In this document: piece after piece, positions 13,301 to 26,128 of the stretch
Layout: every line of letters begins with the position of its first letter
How positions within the stretch are numbered: the stretch's first letter is position 1
Assembly (NCBI GenBank): GCA_000165425.1
Contig: CT868352.1
Coordinates: 186,001 to 250,000 of the forward strand
DNA from: Paramecium tetraurelia
Taxonomy: Eukaryota
DNA: 64,000 bases
Direction of reading: 5' to 3'
Program-made: the position numbers and the translations under genes
Notes under the pieces: model-generated
Database searches by the model: none
What the model was told of the DNA's origin: nothing
Seen by the model: the letters and a program-made list of their open reading frames with translations, nothing else

Positions 13301-13871
13301 ACATATAGAACCTGATAGATTAACCAATGATGAGATTTCTGAAATATTCTTCACAAATGCTGATTTGTTAATTAAGGGAGAGTAGAATTTTTCATTTGAA
13401 AAGTTTGCAGTTGTGTGTGTAGAATATGGATTATTTTCAGAGGAAGCTTAGAACTAATTCTTATAGATAAAGGGGACAAAAACTGAGATTATGATATAGG
13501 TACAAATTTGTTAATAATGAGGATAGTTTTAAAAATTAATTGATGGATGGGTTGGATAGAGGAAGGTAATAGAATAAAGATTTGAATAATTGACATTGTT
13601 GGAAACAGAGAAAATAGATTCCTGGAGAGAGATTATCGAAACTTTGGAGAGGAAGATTCTTGATTTGAAAGAGCATTTAATGTAGGCTGGGGTTGAAAAG
13701 AAAGTAAAGCCGCTTTTAATTGCTAATTTATTGCTGAATAAGGAATCTGAGATGTTATTAGAATTGTAGGAAGATATGGAGGATGACGGATCACCAAAGG
13801 CCAAGGGATTGCAATAAAATTTTGGTTCGAATGAATCTATTCGTATACAAATGGATATTATAAAGGAATGA
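10382..13871 (+). CDS. Large coiled-coil protein with axonemal-dynein-light-chain-like segment, TSNAXIP1-like region and EF-hand
   Basis: NELIKSLKRECLERGELVEQIW; FVYSYFLQQFGIKKIAEQKFL..INNFAKFLGL; AFAACDLDGNGMCNFEEW; several tiny introns. Confidence 0.6.
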
Positions 13872-13892
13872 TGAATTAAAATTAATATATAT

Positions 13893-15170
13893 ATGTTTTC
13901 ATCACTATCTGCTGGTTATGATGATTTATGGAAGGCCATAATTCGACCTCCAAGAGATAACGAGTATTCTGAGTAGGATTTAGGTAAGATAAGCAGGTAT
14001 ATTTAGGTCCCAGTCAATTTAAAATTTAGGGAGTGATGATTAAGAGAACTGATTTTTAAATCAAAAATAAGAGAGGACTCAAATTAGAATGCTCATTTTT
14101 TGAGCCCGTTTAAAAACCATGTGAATAATTGCCATGTGTAATATACTTGCATGGTAATAGTAGTAGCAGATTAGAATGTTTGGCTTCTTTGGATGGACTT
14201 CTATAGGTATTCAAAATATAAATATGAAAAGCAATATATCTAGGTGTTCAGTTTTGATTTTGCTGGTTGTGGTAAATCAGAAGGAGACTACATATCCTTA
14301 GGATGGTACGAGAGAGATGATGTTGAAGTAGTAGTTGACTGGTTGCGTTAAAGCAATAAAGTTTCTACCATAGGATTGTGGGGTCGATCAATGGGTGCAG
14401 TTACAGCTTTAATGCATGCTGATAGAGATCCTAGCATAGCTGGTTTAGTTTTGGATAGTGCATTTTCAAATCTAAAGACCTTGGCAGAAGAGTTAGCAAA
14501 ATAATATGCTCAAAAAGTACCCTCTTTTGCTATCTCTGCTGGGTTGTCTATGATAAGAAAAACTATTTAATCAAAAGCCAATTTCGATATAGAAAACATC
14601 AATCCACTCAAGAATCATGTTTCAAAGGCCTTCATTCCTGCATTCTTCATTGCAGCAGACGAAGATACTTTTGTTTTACCTCATCACACTAAGAAATTAC
14701 ATGAAGCTTATGCTGGAGATAAAAATATTGTAATTGACTTTAACTATATTTAAATAGTCCATAGTTCCTGGAGATCATAATTCTAAGAGGCCATCCTTTG
14801 CTATGAACTCTATAGCAATATTCTTTTATAATACTCTCTAAGTGAAGCATTTAGTTCCTGAATACAAGGTATTTGATAACAATATTTGAAGCAGCCAGAT
14901 TAGAAGTCTGACAATAATCAATAATTTGAGGAGGCCAACTTTTTAAATAGTTATAACAACCATGTTGGGAATGCATTTTAAGTTTAGGGAGCTATGCATG
15001 ATTTTGATGAAGATGAAGAGCTCAGGAAAGCAATAGAGGAAAGTCTAAAATTAACTGCTTTTGAACCTAACCAATAAAATTAATAAAACTCATAAAATAG
15101 ACCACAAGTTTAACCATATAAATAACCTGAAGATCTATTAAAATTCTCAGATGATGAGAGTTTGCTATGA
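13893..15170 (+). CDS. Alpha/beta hydrolase (YqkD-like) with C-terminal UIM-like motif
   Basis: IIRPPR, YLHGNSSSRLE, FDFAGCGKSEGDYISLGWYERDD, GLWGRSMGAVT, GDHNS; DEDEELRKAIEESLK. Confidence 0.9.
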
Positions 15171-15184
15171 AAACATGATTAAGA

Positions 15185-16285
15185 TCATTCGTTTAATTTA
15201 TCAACTATTTCACATAAAACTTATGAGGTTTATCTGTATTGTTTTGGTATTTATGATAATTATCCTAATCTTTATTCTATATTATCCAATTCTAGGTGAG
15301 GTTTAAATCTTTGCATTGCCAAAGTAGAGATTGATAGCTTTTGATCCTCTTCTCTCATTCCTAGTTATTCTCTTAGTTTCGATATTTCGTATTCTTCAAT
15401 TAAAATCTATGATTTATTATGTGATATGTACATTGTCACTCATTCTTTTGATTGCATTTAGTTTGTTTTATAATAATAAATTTTCGATTGCCTCGCTCAT
15501 GTATGTAAGATCATCTATCAAGGACAAATCAAATTTATCTATCATTCTTTATTCTCCATTGACATATTGTATCTCACGAATACAACACATTTTGGCTATG
15601 TCTTAAAAATCAATCAACTCATCGGCTGATTGTTTTAATAAGATCTTTTTTAAATTCTTTTTCATACCAATTAAATTCTTTACTACTTAAAACATCTTTC
15701 TCGAATTATTTAAATATTCCTAAAATATAATAATTTTAATCTCTATACTTTTAATTAATGTAAATTATGTATTAAATTAAATATTTATTTGCTAAAATTA
15801 ATGTATTGCTAAGCATACGGATTCTTTATGGTTTACAAAAGCGAATATTTTTTTTTTTATTCTTACTATTCTTTGACTTTCTTAAATCTTTAGATTAAAG
15901 TTTGACTCTCAAGTTTCATTATTTCAGTTTCAGTTCTAATTTTTTTCATAACAGCTTGTTTCGTTGGCTGTTTTTATTTTCTGATTGAATTAAGATGATC
16001 TAAGTAATCGTGCAAGTTTTGTTCATCACTTCTTTATATTCGAGGCGTAAGGATCGGTAAATGCTTTTATCTTGGTGTTATTGTGCTATCCCCATTAATA
16101 GTGGTTTCATTTCCAGGCAAAGCAGTAATATTGAGAGGACGAATCTTGCTTGAAATTCCTTGCCTTTTAGGTGTCACTGATTAAAATCTTTTGATCGGTC
16201 TCAATGAAGAAGAGTTATGAGTAGTAATAGTTTCTTAATGTTTGAATGTTGGAAACACTAGATGATTTTTATATATGAGACTCAT
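15185..16285 (-). CDS. Hypothetical protein
   Basis: Open ciliate-code frame from ATG 16285 (MSLIYKNHLVFPTFK..) to TGA 15185; internal exon structure not fully traced; no motif recognised. Confidence 0.6.
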
Positions 16286-17146
16286 TAAAATTTATATAAT
16301 TTTTATCTTTTATTATGACTAAATTCAAATGCAATATTATCAACTTAATGACCAGTCCTATCCTAATCTAAATTCTATTTCATATTCAAATTTTCTAAGT
16401 GCGTGTTCTTATCAAATTTTATAAATTATCCATTATGCTAGCCAAAGTAATAAACAATCAGTTTGGTTGGAAATTAGGTACATATTTCATAAATCATTAT
16501 GCTTTTTATTATAACCAAATATTCTAATAATGTAAATGAAAAATAAATAAATAAACTTCATAAAACATCTTTTATTTAAATTAGAAGATGATTGTCACTG
16601 TCCTTAATTGCTTATGATAAGATCTTTTAATTGAATTATTGTTTTTAAATTAAATATATTGACTAGATAATGTAATATTTGATTGCTAATGTATCCTTGA
16701 TATAATATTTATTTTAAGACTACAAACTATCTTATGAACATAAATATTTTTCATATCTGAAGTCATTAAATCTAGAATTGAGTTATAATAGACCATATAT
16801 TTATATAGATTTAAAATAGCCAATATTCTAGAATAAATTTACTTAAGCAATTAGGATTATGCAGCAAACTAACTAATTTTTCCAATTTCTTTTTAAATTC
16901 ATTTTTCTTTAAAGTCTAATATGAAATGGAAAAATTGAATTATCAAATTAAACCCATAAAGGAATTTTAAATACTAATTCAGATACTTAAATTCTGATTT
17001 TCATAGAATAAATTGAAATACCAATTTCCATAAAACTTAATATAATAGTTGACTGGAAAGTAATATTTCACATAAAAAATTAGAATATTGACAATGGTAT
17101 TATTATTAATTAATAATTATTAATAAATATTCTAAATATATATTTA

Positions 17147-20100
17147 TCATCTTCTTTTTTGACCAACTTATTGCTGTTATTACTACAAATCTTATTCTTA
17201 CTACTACTTTAACTTATCCTATTATTGAATAAATTTGATATCTTGAGTGTAAAAGTTATCTTACTTGAAATAATCAAATTAAGAGGCAGAATAAATGAAA
17301 TCTAAATTACCATTTACATCTATTTGATTCTAAAACTATTTAATTAGTTCCTCAACTATTCCAGCTGCCTAGAACACTTTTAAATCTGTAGCATCATTAT
17401 CCTCTTTTACAATATTTCCTATTTCCTCTATAATAAATGCCTCCAATATTTAAGGTATGGTGTATCTATAAGGAGAATCAAATTTCTCCCAAATGTGATA
17501 CAGTTTTAGATTTTGCTCAAGCAAACCTTTGGTAATCACTCTCAATTCATCAATATTGAATTGTTAAAATTCAATAACCTATTCAATATATTTGATATAG
17601 ATATATTTTAACCATCTCTTTTACTGGCCCATCAAATAGTAAAGCACTCCTTTTGTCGGATGCGAATTGTTCGAATAAAAATCTCTTAAGGAATCATTAA
17701 CAAAACTAATTTAATTGATCAACTTGATTAATTGTTCTCCTTCTTAATACATCCTAATTTGAAGTAATTAAAATTTTGGTACGAAATAATGCACTTTTAT
17801 CATGTATTGATCTTAAAAGTATTCACATAATTCAAGGGCTCTGTCAATTGATTAATGAATCCAAGACAACATAATTACTTTGTTAATACCATATTCTACA
17901 CTATTTAGGATGATTTATTCAAAAGAAAGCAATTACTTCCGTAATTCTGCATCTTAAAATTCTTCTTAAGTTAGTTCCTTCTACTGAATTTTTTAACTTA
18001 CAATAAGCTTAATCGATGATATTTAACTAGCAATCTCCTTTAGCCTTTATTTGCAATTCTTTTTCAGGTTCATTTCTACCGTTTGAATTCCTTCACTAGT
18101 TAAATGATACAACAGATATTAGGCTATTATATAGAATACCTTTAGTTGCTATGATCGAAATGGTAATGTTTATAACAAATACAAAAGATCTGTTAATTGA
18201 ATATCAATTTCAAATATTTGTTATTATTCATTCTATTTTGTTTGCTAATATTATGATTGCTATCGACCTCTGTTGGTTTGATAGGATTACTAATAAATGT
18301 ATTGATATTATAAATTGATAACTGATTCAACGTGAATCAAAATTTGTTCATGTATAAATGTTTCATCAATCACATTATTATAGTATTGATCTGATTCTTC
18401 ATAAATGCAATCAAATTGTTATAAATTAAATAATTTCATTAATTCTTCATTTTAAATATTATTTTTAAAATGAAAGATATTTTTTTCAATTTTTATAATT
18501 ACTGCTTATTCAAATTGAGAGGACTTTATGTAATTAAGTGCATGTTTTGAAGAATTAAATGCTAATTGATAATCATACCTACAAACATAATATCGACTCA
18601 ATTAATGACAAATAATAGCATGAAATAAGGTTTTCTCAGTTATTTGATATCTTGCAACCTTGCTATGCAATTAATCTACTTCTTCCCCAATTTACATATT
18701 GAAGTATAAAAGCAATGATTCATATAGCTGAATCATCTTTGTGTATCTAGCATCTAGAAGCAATTATCGGAGTTGGGTTCTAATTTATATTTATTGTTCT
18801 TCGATATTCTCATGATAAAGTGAAAAATAAAATAAGCTTTAAGAATCTAACAGAAGATCCTTGTATTACTAAATAGTAGGATATCTAATATATAACTAGT
18901 CATATGGTTTAATAATCTTCATATCTTGGGATTTCGTGAAGAATGTGAAGATTTTGAGATCCATATCAAATCCTTCATGAGCTTCTTCCAATAACATTGA
19001 TTTATTTTATTGCATCTTTTAAATTAAACGAATAAAAATATCCACCTAATCTATCAACTAAAAACTAATAAATTATTGAATCAACAATAGAATAAAAATG
19101 GATGGGTTTATATCGTAATTTATTATTCTTTTAATAGCTTCAAATGTGAACTATAAACCCACTCCTTATTACAAACTTAAAGTGATAAAAGTGTAAAGTT
19201 ATTGATATTTCACAAATCCTATTGCTTCATCATCAAGCAAGTTACAATAATCATGTAATTACACTATTTATGCAGCCTTTAACATCAAATGAAAAGACTC
19301 TTGTTATTTGTTTTCTTCTATTTAATTTAAGGCACTCTATAATTGAGTTATCTCAAATGAACTTTAATTATGGAAATTCTCAATATGTTTTGGTGAAAAT
19401 GCATAACATATTGCCAAAAGATATGTTAATCGAAGCTGACTTAAACTAAAATGTTAAAACCACGATTCTTCCAAATAATAATACTAGTATTTATATTATT
19501 TTATGAGACTCTTCAATTGCAATATCTTTGACTTATCTTCATATTTTCTATTTAGTTTCTAATAGTTCTATATATTCTAATTTATGATAATATTTGTTGA
19601 TTGATAATCATCCATATGTAATAATTACATTAGCAATCGTATCCTTAGCAATATGAATCGTATATCATCTTTGTCCTATTCCAAAAATTCACAGATTATT
19701 TATCTATTCAAGAGTGTTTTGTTAATTAGACTTTGAGTCATAAATTGTACCCACATGTATTAAAAGTCGCTGCTATCAATAATATCATAAATCTCATTGA
19801 AATTTGACTCGTTCCACTTTCTAATCTTTAAAATCAAGTATTTTCCTAATTCGCAATCCTCATATGATTTTATCTAATCCTAATGAACTTCAAATTTCAT
19901 TAATTGCAATATCTAGCACTTTAGATTATCAAAGACTGGTATGTTTTATATTTGAAGTTTAATGAATTATTAACAATTCTGATCGAACATTACATTTTAT
20001 TCATCAAACCATACAATCAATTATAAATATTAAAAGTATAGATATTACATACAGTAATTAAGATTAGTATGAATTTCATCCAAAATATTAAAGTCTTTAT

Positions 20101-23100
20101 TAGGCTTATTAAACAAATCTATAACATCATCATCATCCATCTATGGAGAAAATTGATCTAAATTAAACATTTCTAAACTTATTTGCCTTGCTTATTCTAA
20201 AATCACAGGTAATTACACAGGTTTAATGATTTTTTAAGTATTTTTTATGCTATCATCTATTAGAAAACTAGCAAAGCCATAATTTTTATTAAAATATTAT
20301 TTGATACTTTAAACGATGTTTAATTAATTACTATATCTTTATAATTGAGATTTGTATTGAATTATTACATTTAAGTATTCTTAATTATATCTTAACGTTT
20401 CTAATAAAAACATTCTTTGTTCTGAAAACAGCTTTGTGTTTTACTTGTTCTTTTTTCTCTTTCTGAGAAGAGTATGCTGTTCAGTAGGATTCAAATTTTA
20501 AAATTCTATATTAAGACACAACTGTCTTACAATTAGATTAATTTCATTTGAACAACTCTATATCCCAGTGAGTAGACTATTAAGATCTTCGTCAAAGTCT
20601 AGTTTCAAAGCACATAATGTTGCCATTTTTAAATAATATATTAAGATAATATCTAAGTTTCTCTGCATGTAATTTGGTTAAAGAATAATTTTAGAGATTT
20701 CATCTTTTAAAGATTTAGAGAAAATAGAAACAGCATCCTTATTTTAAGGTGGATATTCTCTTTTTAAGATATTATCAAATTATTGAATTAAATTTAATGT
20801 TTAATCATAAAATTTCATTCGGAATGAGCAGTTTATCTTATGTAAGAATAATTAAATTTAAGAATTGAATGATTAATCTGGTGATTTAGAAATATCAGAC
20901 GCATATTAAATCTCTTTAAACTTATATTGCTTCCTTATTTCATAAACAATTTAATCGATAGTAATATTGTTATCTAACATTGCTCTTAGAACATCTGTTA
21001 ATTTATGATCCATCTACTCTAACTATTAGTATGGATCGTCTATTTGCTTTAAACAAATCATTTGAATAATGACTTTTGCTAAATTATAAAGTGGTTATTC
21101 ACTTTTTAAAGTGTTTAATAAAGCATATTATCGGCCATCAAGAAAGTAGTTAAAAATGCTGATATAGGGATGGGGTTTCGATTTCATTAATATAAGATTT
21201 GCATACAAAAACTCATTTATTTCCTCTGATTTATAATCTATTCCATAGGTTTTTCTAAATTTGATTACTTGCCATAAGCTTAATGGTTTTTCAAGCTCAT
21301 ATAAACATAAGCAATATCCTTTAATTACAAAATCATCAATTTAATCTATAATATTAGACAATCTCAAATAGTTTTTACTCTCCGCATAGTAAACTCCATG
21401 TTTACTGTCTAATTTCTATTAGAATTGCAATTTTTGATTATAAGTTACCTATAAAAATTAGACCAAATATTCTTAATCGTTTTTTTTACCTAACCAAATA
21501 TTGTCATGATAATGCTTAATCAACTCTATATTTTCAATTTAAAATTGTTCCTCGATAAAGAATTACATGGCAATTTCCTGTTATTTAGTGGTCTAAGTAT
21601 CAAAAATAAATGTATCTCTAAGCTAATCAATAACAGTCTTAAAAATATAGGATTTTTTAGGATATAATATATACTATTGGATATTTAATGATTACGATGT
21701 GAGTGGAAAGACAATCTAATCAATTTATTCGAAATTCAATTAGCCTACCATATTAATAAATTCTTTCATGCTGTATCCATCCATTTTTTAGTTAGTTTCT
21801 AGCAATTTATTATATTATTTGTGAATATTGCTTTTTAGAGAAAAAGTACCATTTTGAACAGAAGTTTTCGTAATTACACGTATATTCTAAATAGCAGACC
21901 TCCTTACTACGGTCTTCCTAAATCCTCTAATCCAAATAGCCTTAATCTTAAGCACTACTACTTTTCTGCAATTTAACCACAGATTTTTCTCAATGTAATT
22001 TTATTACTTCTAGACTATGTTTTCATATTCTTTAATATCATCAGGTTTGTTACTGTTTTTGGTTACTTATTAAAATTTTTTTCTAAATTTTAATTAGGCA
22101 TTATCTGAGTACACTTAATGAGTAAGTTTGTAATTCTATTTTAAAATATATAGCTTTCTTTAATCTAAATTCGTAATAGCCAATTTTTTCCTTTTCATGT
22201 AAAAATGTCTTTGAGTCAAACGATCTTCTGTCCACAATTTCTTATAGGTAGTTAAGACTGACAATTTATACAAATATTTCCAATATTTGATTAATTTCTT
22301 TTTTCTTTGAAAAGGATTTAAATTATTATACTAGATTTCAAATGCCCAATTTGAGACTCTTTATGAAAACAAGTTGTGCAACAATTCATATGGTGGATCA
22401 TCTAAATCAATCTTTTTAGGTTATACTTTAGTTTCTCTTTTTTAATTCAATTCATTTCTCAATTAACCTTTTCTAATATGCTCTTCAAGATCTGATTACG
22501 AGCTGATAGTTTAAAAACTACCAAACTCCATATTATTAGTAGAACTATATACTTTAAATAAGGGAAATCTTTTATAGATATCTTCTTCTTCTTTTTTGAT
22601 TTTTGTACTTTGTTTTGTCTTGCTAAATATTTCGAGAGTTGATTTAAGAAGATATTTATGCCTTATTGTCAATTAAGTTAGTCTGAAAGGAGTATCACCA
22701 AAAACTGAGGCAATTACAAATTTAAATAGACTGTTTGAGATTAGCAGACTTAAAAATACTAAGACCAACTATTCTCCGTATTTTTTATTATATAATACAG
22801 TAATTATACCAGTATTAGTGAGGATACCAATTTGATTTACAAGATCTAAAATATTATTCCAAATTCCTAAAGAACTTTCATTCTAAGGCCAGGGTCTTTG
22901 GAGGCAATACATGAAGGAATACTTCTTCACTTGCAATTATAAAATGTTGAAAGACCATAAGAGAAAATAGCTAAGAGGAAACGAGTATCCGAAAATGATA
23001 AGTAAGGAATAAAGAATCAAGATTTCCATGTAATCCTCTAAGGTGCCATATCTTTCAGGACTTATTGCATATGATTACCTTCTTGAGGTTTCATCAATAA

Positions 23101-26066
23101 ATTAATGAATATCATTATCATTGATTTCATATTTAATTTTAGGATATTTGGCTAAATCTGATATGAATTTAAATAACTGCAAAATTTTGAATAGAAATTA
23201 CCAAATAATGATAGTAGAAAAGTAATATTGCACATGTCTGGAGCAATTGCTTTTTGAGCAATATAAATTCAAAGGTCCATTGAGGTAACCTATGAATAAC
23301 AGAGGAACCACATATGAACAAAAATAGAGGATAAACTTCTTAACAACAAAACTGGTTTCATATTTTTACATGGTTTTATGATTTTCAAAATCCGTGACTG
23401 AGGTAGAAATGTAATCATAGAATTTATCAACAAACAATTAGACGAATACATTGATTGTAGCTGATAGTGTAACTTCTAATGACATCACTGAGACATTAGA
23501 GAATTCACTACCAAATGAGTTTCTCAAGGCTGTGGTTAGTGTAAACAATCCCACTACTAATCCACTGTAGGCTGATATTAATAACACTAGCAATATGGAG
23601 GCAAGGAACAACCTTAACACTAAATCACTGTCATCTTGAGCAGCTGAGTTCAACTGATCATTTTCCAAGGATCTAATAAAGGTTCCTTTGAATGATGATC
23701 TTTCAGTAGATTTCTCCTTTTCATTTAATTAACCATATTTCAAATTAAATCTTACTTATTGTTGTTTCCAATAATCAGTCACTATGCTATTCCACTGTAT
23801 TAATACAAATGTAAATATCATAGTAATTATGATACTGGCTTCACCATCTTGATTGTTCAATATCCATTCAGCCAGACTGCATCCAAAACCACAAACAGAT
23901 ATAAATGTCAACATTTTTGTATAATAACTCATGAAAAAAAAGTACAATCCGATTTTCTCACCATAATATGAACATATAATATCAATAGGTGCAAACCAAG
24001 GTTCAAATATTCTGAATTTCCATTCATCTGCAAAAAAGAAGAGCTTTTTATGATAAAATTAAGTTTCACTTGTTAAAGCCTTCTCAAAGTTCTAACAATA
24101 ACCTAACAACTCATATTGATCATTCAAACAAAAAAATTGATGAATGTAGCCTTTCATAGTAAAGGAATTGATATCAAAACAATCGTCAACTGCAAAATAC
24201 ACTAATTTTAATCTGTCGATTGATGAAAATACAGAGATATTTCCATCTTCATCTTTCTAATATTTACACCAAATCATCTGTTATTAAGCTTAGAGAGTAG
24301 GTGCCATTTTCTTTGTGGGCCTCCTAAAGTTTATATAAGGCTCTTAGGGTGTTAAATCAACTTGGCTCCAGAGATTTTTTAGATATTATTTAGAATCATT
24401 AGCCACTTCTAATGATTCAATAAAGGCTTACATATAATTATATGCTAATCTCTCCTTCTATAAGATTTTGATATACTTTGTCAATGGAATGTTTTATTCA
24501 ATCATATATTGTTTGTATTCATTCATTAGGGATTCAGCATTGTGATCATACACTTCTACTTTCTCCAAGTGTTATTAGTTCTCTGGGTTCAAAATATTTT
24601 GTTTATTAAGAAATATTTCCTATTTATTTCCTAAACCTTATGATATCAATTCCTTTTAAAATCTTTTGATGTACAACTGAAAGGAATCCATCTATTTATT
24701 TAAAATGGCTGACAAATCACTGTCAATAATGTTTTGTTGCCGATGTTCAGTCACACACTTTTTCAAATGCACCAAGTATTTATAAAATGCAAACCATTCA
24801 TCATCAGATGGACCATGATCTACTTCATCATTTAAGTCCTATTTTCCATACTAAAATAATTCTTAATTGATGTGACTTTGATTTACCTCTCTACTTAATC
24901 TTTTGAAATTGATTTGTTCAATTAATTCTATGATTTGAGGTCTCAAATACTCAAAAAATGTTGTGCATTAATACTCATTAGGCTTCCACAATCGATTATT
25001 CAATCTTAAGGGTCTTAATCTCTTATCAACAGGTTCAAGAGAAAAAAGGTCACTGAACCAAAAATTTAATCGTTTTGAAAGCTTTTTTTACTCTGCCACA
25101 ACTTTTAAATTCTCCTCATCCATCTTAATCAAAAGAAATATCCATCTGCCGTCATTTGAAATTACCTACCTTGTTTAAAATCCCTTCCTTGATAATTGAA
25201 TCAAAATTGCATTCCTCAGCATTGTTGATGTGTCCAATGCCTCCTTTGGTGTTTTAAACCATTATTCTTGGATCTGATTTAAGTACTCCCCCTTTACGTC
25301 ACATCTGGTTTAAGCCTCCTCTAAACTTTTATAATCCAAATTTATAAAATCTATCAAATTGGCTTTCATATTCGAACTCAACGCTGCCTCGAACTTTTCT
25401 CTCAAAGCCTTCATTGCATAATTCAATTTCTCTTAAGCACTCAACATTGGTCTTATACTCTTTGAAAATCTTTTGCCTGACAAAGTTTATTAAGTGAAGA
25501 ATTATTTATATCTTACATCACTTTATTAGGATTATAATTGAAAGGGGTCTGAAGAAAGGGAGTTTTGCAGCTCAGACTAAGATATTGATAATAATTAATA
25601 ACTCGTCTCTATTGCTTTAAATAGCAGTTGGTCATTTAGCGATTTAGGATTTATCTTCAAGGCCTATTAGACAAAGTCGAAAAACTCCAAGGGTTTCATT
25701 TACTAAGGACGAGCAACCTCTTCATAATCTGGGTTAGGAAAGCTCATAATTTCTCAATATATATAATTACGAAATCACTCCATCGGGATAAAATGTTGTG
25801 TGGAAATCATATGAACACTTCCCAATTAGTCTTTCATAATCTTTTTAATCCTCATCTGTAAATTCAGTTCCCTAAAGGGCTTTTAAATATAATTCATAGA
25901 GTTTTAGAGGATCTTAAAGTTTGTTATCAATCTTCTTCCTCTTTTTGGTTTTAGGCTAGTCTTTAACTACTTTAGATTCGCTTTTAAATTACTGGAATGG
26001 AAGGTATTTCTATCGAAAGCCAGCTTAACATTCTGTATTTGGTCTTGCTTACTGTAATTTATACAT
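17147..26066 (-). CDS. Giant anoctamin/TMEM16-domain protein with pseudokinase-like domain and long helical C-terminus (~2960 aa)
   Basis: ATG 26066, 28-nt intron 25743-25770. Anoctamin motifs YYGEKIGLYFF, EDYMEILILYSLLIIFGYSFPL, QRPWPQNESSLGIWNNIL..IGILTN. The same frame was traced without TGA from ~23040 to the stop at 17147-17149; 23040-25140 was spot-checked. Confidence 0.85.
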
Positions 26067-26128
26067 ATATTATTAAGCACTAAATGCAAAATATGTAATT
26101 TATAAATAAATATTGATGTAAATTGTTT

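Noticed and set aside
17147..18439. Separate gene starting at ATG 18439 after an AT-rich stretch
   Set aside because: The frame stays open upstream through 18440-18500, so this is an internal Met of the giant anoctamin gene
6136..26066. Functional cluster of PLSCR and TMEM16 scramblases, or of ARF-GEF and ArfGAP at 43.7-53.1 kb
   Set aside because: Unrelated genes intervene and ciliates have no operons; proximity is explicable by chance
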